Assembly (NCBI GenBank): GCA_963708075.1
Contig: OY970194.1
Location: forward strand, 1,600,001 to 1,664,000
Direction of reading: 5' to 3'
Origin: Sedimentisphaerales bacterium
GTDB taxonomy: Bacteria; Planctomycetota; Phycisphaerae; Sedimentisphaerales; Anaerobacaceae
DNA: 64,000 bases
Under the pieces are notes generated by a model. The model made no database searches. It was given only the letters and a program-made list of their open reading frames with translations, and was not told the DNA's origin. This document shows positions 60,338 through 64,000 of this stretch, piece after piece; position 1 is the first letter of the stretch, and each line of letters opens with the position of its first letter. Made by a program: the position numbers and the translations under genes.

Positions 60338-60491
60338 GAAATCCGAAGCACGAAACTCGAAGTCCAAAACACATCCCAAAACCTGAAGCTCTGAAGATCG
60401 AAACGCTGGCGCCAGGCCCGGCCCGGTTTCGAATTTGCGATTTTCGTCCTTCGTGCGTGTTTCGGGTTCTCGATATTCCGATTTCGAATTT
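60338..60491. repeat. Large heptamer-type inverted repeat element
   Basis: gaaatccgaagcacgaaactcgaa...gatcgaaac / gtttcgaatttgcgatttt...tcgatattccgatttcgaatttc. Confidence 0.75.
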
Positions 60492-60511
60492 CACGCCACG
60501 GCGCGACCGCC

Positions 60512-60654
60512 GGGTGCCATGTCTACGCTTGCGTAGGCATGTTCCATTCGATGGGCAAGACATGCTTACGCGAGCGTAAGCATGGCACCCAAACCAACCT
60601 GGTTTCTTCCCGACACCAGCCGCGCAGCGGCTCAGCGACATGACAACGGGAAGG
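60512..60654. repeat. GGGTGCCATG REP doublet with a conserved tail (copy 2)
   Basis: Near-identical to 41846-41988, including tttcttcccga.accagc and cgacatgacaa..gaag. Confidence 0.9.
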
Positions 60655-60699
60655 TGCGCCGTGACGTTCCGTCAGGCACGTCATAAGTGGTTGCATCAC

Positions 60700-61695
60700 T
60701 CAGGACTTTCTAGCGACGATGAGGGAATTCATGTACTCGTCGCGATGGGCCAGGCGGATGTTGGAGAAGCCGGCGGAGGTCAGGTCCTCCCGGAGCTCGT
60801 CGAAGGTGAACGTGCCGCCACCTTTCGTGGCGACAAGCATGTTGACGGCGAACAGCGCGCCGCCGACCGGCTGCGTGTGCGAGGCGTCCATGACGACGTC
60901 CCGGATGGCCAGGACGCCTCCGGCCGTCAGGGCGGCGTGAATCTTGGCGTACAGGTCGCGGTTCTCCTGCCGGGAGTTCTGGTGGACGATCGCGCTGAGC
61001 CATGTGAAATCGGCGCCGCCTGGCAGCGGGTCGGTATAGAAGTCACCCGGCACGAGTGTAACCCGGTCGATCAGGCCGGCACGGGTGAGCCGCTGTCGAG
61101 CCAGCGGGATGACCTGCGGCAGATCGAACAGGACGGCGGTGGCATCGGGCACGGCCCGGAGAAAGGCGATGGTCCATGTGCCCGAGGCGCCCCCGATGTC
61201 CAGCAGCCGCTGGAATGTCAGGGGGGACAGTCTTTCAATGAGTTGCGGTGCAACGGAGGCAGCGAAATTGTCCATCGCGCCGATGAAGGCCTCGCAATCG
61301 CCGGCCTCGCCCCGGATGCTGGGGGGCCGCTCCGCGGGCAGGCCCGTCTTGACCACGCGGGCAAGCTGGGCCCAGCGGCGAAGACAATTCGCCTGGTGGC
61401 GCACCGCGGACAGGACGTTGGTCGGCGAGGTCTCCGTGAGCATGTCCGCGACTTCCGGCGGAACACGGTACGTGTCGCCCTGCTTCGCCAGCAGTTCGAG
61501 GGCGGCCAGGGCGTCGAGGAGAATGGCGGTCGCACGCGGGTCCGAGCCAATCCGCCCCGCCAGGACGTCCGCCGAGGCAGGCTCACCGCTGAGCGAGGAA
61601 AAGACATCCAACTCAGCAGCAGCGGCGATGACGCACGCCGCCTGAAAGCCCCGTACTGTTTCGAGAAGCCTATCCACGTTCCATGACTTGGCCAT
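60700..61695 (-). CDS. O-methyltransferase (dimerisation domain plus Methyltransf_2)
   Basis: AAAELDVF, FIGAM, LLDIGGASG, FDLP, PGDFY, SAIVH, FAVNML..T.GG. Confidence 0.9.
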   Translation of the reverse strand: MAKSWNVDRLLETVRGFQAACVIAAAAELDVFSSLSGEPASADVLAGRIGSDPRATAILLDALAALELLAKQGDTYRVPPEVADMLTETSPTNVLSAVRHQANCLRRWAQLARVVKTGLPAERPPSIRGEAGDCEAFIGAMDNFAASVAPQLIERLSPLTFQRLLDIGGASGTWTIAFLRAVPDATAVLFDLPQVIPLARQRLTRAGLIDRVTLVPGDFYTDPLPGGADFTWLSAIVHQNSRQENRDLYAKIHAALTAGGVLAIRDVVMDASHTQPVGGALFAVNMLVATKGGGTFTFDELREDLTSAGFSNIRLAHRDEYMNSLIVARKS

Positions 61696-62017
61696 TGCAG
61701 ACACCTGAAATTCAACCCTTTGAAACCCGGCCGGTGGCCATTATAGCGGGTAGGCTACCGGCCGGAAGACCGAAATCCGCCCGGAAGGGCCATCCCGCCA
61801 CATGGCGACCATTCCGGCACAAATCCATGAATCGGGCGGTTGCTTCCCATAATATCCGTCAGTTTTTCCGTGTCTTTGTGCTTGACGCGCGGGCCAGGGG
61901 TCGTTTTACTATGCCCGTTGGACACGCCGGTGGCATGGCAACGGGGAGGCGGAGATCAGGTACCTGCTTGCCGGACCGGCAGAACGACGGTTGCTGAGCT
62001 GTATAAGGAGTTTCGCA

Positions 62018-62815
62018 ATGACAAGGATAGTTGTAACTGCAGCAATGATCGCACTCTTGACCGTAGTCGTCGGGTGCCAGAATCCCAACCAGGGAACCAG
62101 CCAGCGGCTGCCCAGTCGCGACACGCCGGGCGTTCAGACCACTACACCCATGCCGGTGGAAATGGCGGCCTCGGCCGACGAGATCGACCTTGTCGAGCAG
62201 ATGACTGCACAGCGTCAGGCCTACCGCGGCAGCTTGGAGAAACTCGTCCAGTATTATGACGTATCGGGCAATAACACCAAGCTGACCTGGGCCCGTACGG
62301 AGCTTCAGGCCCTGGACCGGATTCCTCAATATCGGTACGTCCTCCCACCACAGGTGTTGACGCCGGATCTGAAGGCCACGGCGAAGATCCAGGCCGCCGA
62401 CGACCTGTACGCCAAGGCGGTCGATACGGAGCGAAGAGCCGGCGCGCTGCCGGTGCTCAAGGATGAAGAGTTGCTGCGAGCAGCGCTCAATCAGTACAGC
62501 GAGTTGCTCAGCCAGTACCCCACCAGCGACAAGATCGATGATGTCGCATACAAGATGGCCGGCATCCACGAGTACTTCCGGGATTATACGATCGCCCTGC
62601 AGTTCTATCAGAGAGCCTACCAGTGGGACCCGGCGACGCCGTATCCCGCCCGCTTCAAGGCGGCGGCGATCCTCGACCACAGACTCCACCGCCGGGCCGA
62701 GGCGCTGCAACTGTACCAGGAGGCGATTGTCAAGGAGGCCCAGTTCACCGACCTCAAGGCAAACGCAGAACGGCGCATCCAGGATCTGTCCACTTCGGAT
62801 AGAGGCGGCCAGTAG
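62018..62815 (+). CDS. TPR-containing lipoprotein (BamD/YfiO-like repeats)
   Basis: Lipobox VVGC; YPTSDKIDDVAY and TPR helices; AAGGAG RBS. Confidence 0.75.
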   Translation: MTRIVVTAAMIALLTVVVGCQNPNQGTSQRLPSRDTPGVQTTTPMPVEMAASADEIDLVEQMTAQRQAYRGSLEKLVQYYDVSGNNTKLTWARTELQALDRIPQYRYVLPPQVLTPDLKATAKIQAADDLYAKAVDTERRAGALPVLKDEELLRAALNQYSELLSQYPTSDKIDDVAYKMAGIHEYFRDYTIALQFYQRAYQWDPATPYPARFKAAAILDHRLHRRAEALQLYQEAIVKEAQFTDLKANAERRIQDLSTSDRGGQ

Positions 62816-62927
62816 AGCGGATCAGTCCCTTCGAAGTTTGACGGGTCTGGCGTAATGTCAGACCCGTTTTTATTGGCGGGCGTCGCAGTTTCGCCGGCGC
62901 AACCACCTGATGATCGGGATCATGTGA

Positions 62928-63989
62928 GTGTCCGACAGCATGGAACAAAATGTGGCCGGATTCATCCGCCTGCACGGGCTTTTTGCAGGCGCGGATCGGA
63001 TTCTGCTCGCTGTTTCCGGCGGGGCGGACTCGACCGCCCTGCTGCACGTCCTCCAGTCGCTTCGAGCTCACGGGCTCCTTTCCGCGGAACTCGTTTGCGC
63101 CCATGTGAATCACCGATTGCGCGGCTTGGCGAGCGACGAGGATGAGCGGTTCGTGGTCGAGCAGGCAGCCCGACTGGAACTGCCGATCGTCACGAGGGCC
63201 GTCGATGTGCGGGCCTATGCGAAGACACACCGGCTGTCGGTGGAGACAGCAGCCCGGCGATTGCGGCTGGAGGCCCTCCGCGAGATTGCAGCGACTTCCG
63301 GGTGCACGTGGGTGGCTACGGGCCATCAGAAAAATGACAACGCCGAGACGATCATCCAGCGTCTGCGCCGCGGGACCGGTTTTCGCGGCCTTGCAGGCAT
63401 CTGGCCCGCCCGGCGATTCGGCGACGGCCCGTGGTTCGCCAGTCCCCTGCTCGATGTCACGCGAGAAGACATCGTCGCCTATCTCCGCCGGCGAAAGCTT
63501 GACTGGCGAGAAGATTGCACGAACGTCGATCCGACCTACACGCGGAACTACATCCGGCATAAGCTGCTGCCCGCCCTGCAACAGGAGTCTCGCGGCTCTT
63601 TGGTCGAGAACCTGTCTGACTTGGCGGCATCTGCGAGGCGGCTCTACGAGCGGGTACAGCGGGGCGCAGAGGAGGCAATGTCCCAACTGGCGCAGCCGGA
63701 TGAAAGCGGCATCGCTCTTGCCGCATCGCGGCTGTCGTCGCTGCCCGAACTGGTCGCGGTTGAAATCATCCGGCAGGTACTGGTGCAGATCGGCTGCGGC
63801 GAGCAGAACCTGACCGCAGACCATTACCGAGGCATCATGCAACTGGCGAGAAATGCGGCAGAGAGAGAGTTGGCCCTGCCCGCCGGATTCGCCGCCCGGC
63901 GAGAGCGGGAAATCGTCATCCTGTCGAAACCGGCGGCGCGCCGCGTAGGGTGGGGCTTGCCCCACCGTCACCCTCTGTTATGCTCCTGA
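62928..63989 (+). CDS. tilS: tRNA(Ile)-lysidine synthetase; 3' end altered at a REP, possibly continuing past the window in another frame
   Basis: AVSGGADSTAL PP-loop, HVNHRLRG, ETAARRLR, TGHQKNDNAET, RGTG, RNYIRH. Confidence 0.93.
   Translation: MSDSMEQNVAGFIRLHGLFAGADRILLAVSGGADSTALLHVLQSLRAHGLLSAELVCAHVNHRLRGLASDEDERFVVEQAARLELPIVTRAVDVRAYAKTHRLSVETAARRLRLEALREIAATSGCTWVATGHQKNDNAETIIQRLRRGTGFRGLAGIWPARRFGDGPWFASPLLDVTREDIVAYLRRRKLDWREDCTNVDPTYTRNYIRHKLLPALQQESRGSLVENLSDLAASARRLYERVQRGAEEAMSQLAQPDESGIALAASRLSSLPELVAVEIIRQVLVQIGCGEQNLTADHYRGIMQLARNAAERELALPAGFAARREREIVILSKPAARRVGWGLPHRHPLLCS
63945..63966 (+). repeat. GTAG-type REP inside tilS
   Basis: GTAGGGTGGGGCTTGCCCCACC; one mismatch to 33326-33347. 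Confidence 0.85.
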
Positions 63990-64000
63990 TACCCGGGGAA

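Overview
A GC-rich, gene-dense bacterial chromosomal segment. It is inferred to be Planctomycetota (Phycisphaerae/Sedimentisphaerales-like) from gene content and protein style; this is not demonstrable from the window alone. Contents in order: surface-polysaccharide modification genes (algI/algJ-like O-acetylation, fdtA/acetyltransferase/fdtB-like amino-sugar genes, a double-domain LPS kinase); plsY; two secreted repeat proteins; an unannotated two-gene cassette (ComEC-type metallo-beta-lactamase fused to a cytoplasmic gingipain/caspase-fold protease, plus a 105-aa partner); rpmB-gatC-esterase-gatA-gatB-cupin; an SGNH/carbamoyltransferase-SxtJ-DUF5989 module; housekeeping genes; ftsW-[S8 protease]-murG; a Tat-exported sugar catabolism operon; mprF; a truncated RAYT transposase flanked by REPs; an ECF sigma factor; a YtrA-type GntR/ABC operon; accessory enzymes; and tilS. 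No rRNA, tRNA or CRISPR array was recognised. Non-coding DNA is rich in several REP-like palindrome families and heptamer-repeat hairpins. Some REPs lie in-frame inside coding genes (murG, a HAD hydrolase, the end of tilS). About nine apparent 1-2 nt frameshifts suggest assembly indel errors. The best candidate for an undescribed system is the MBL-protease fusion with its small partner (10901-13803). All family calls come from motif recognition, not database searches.
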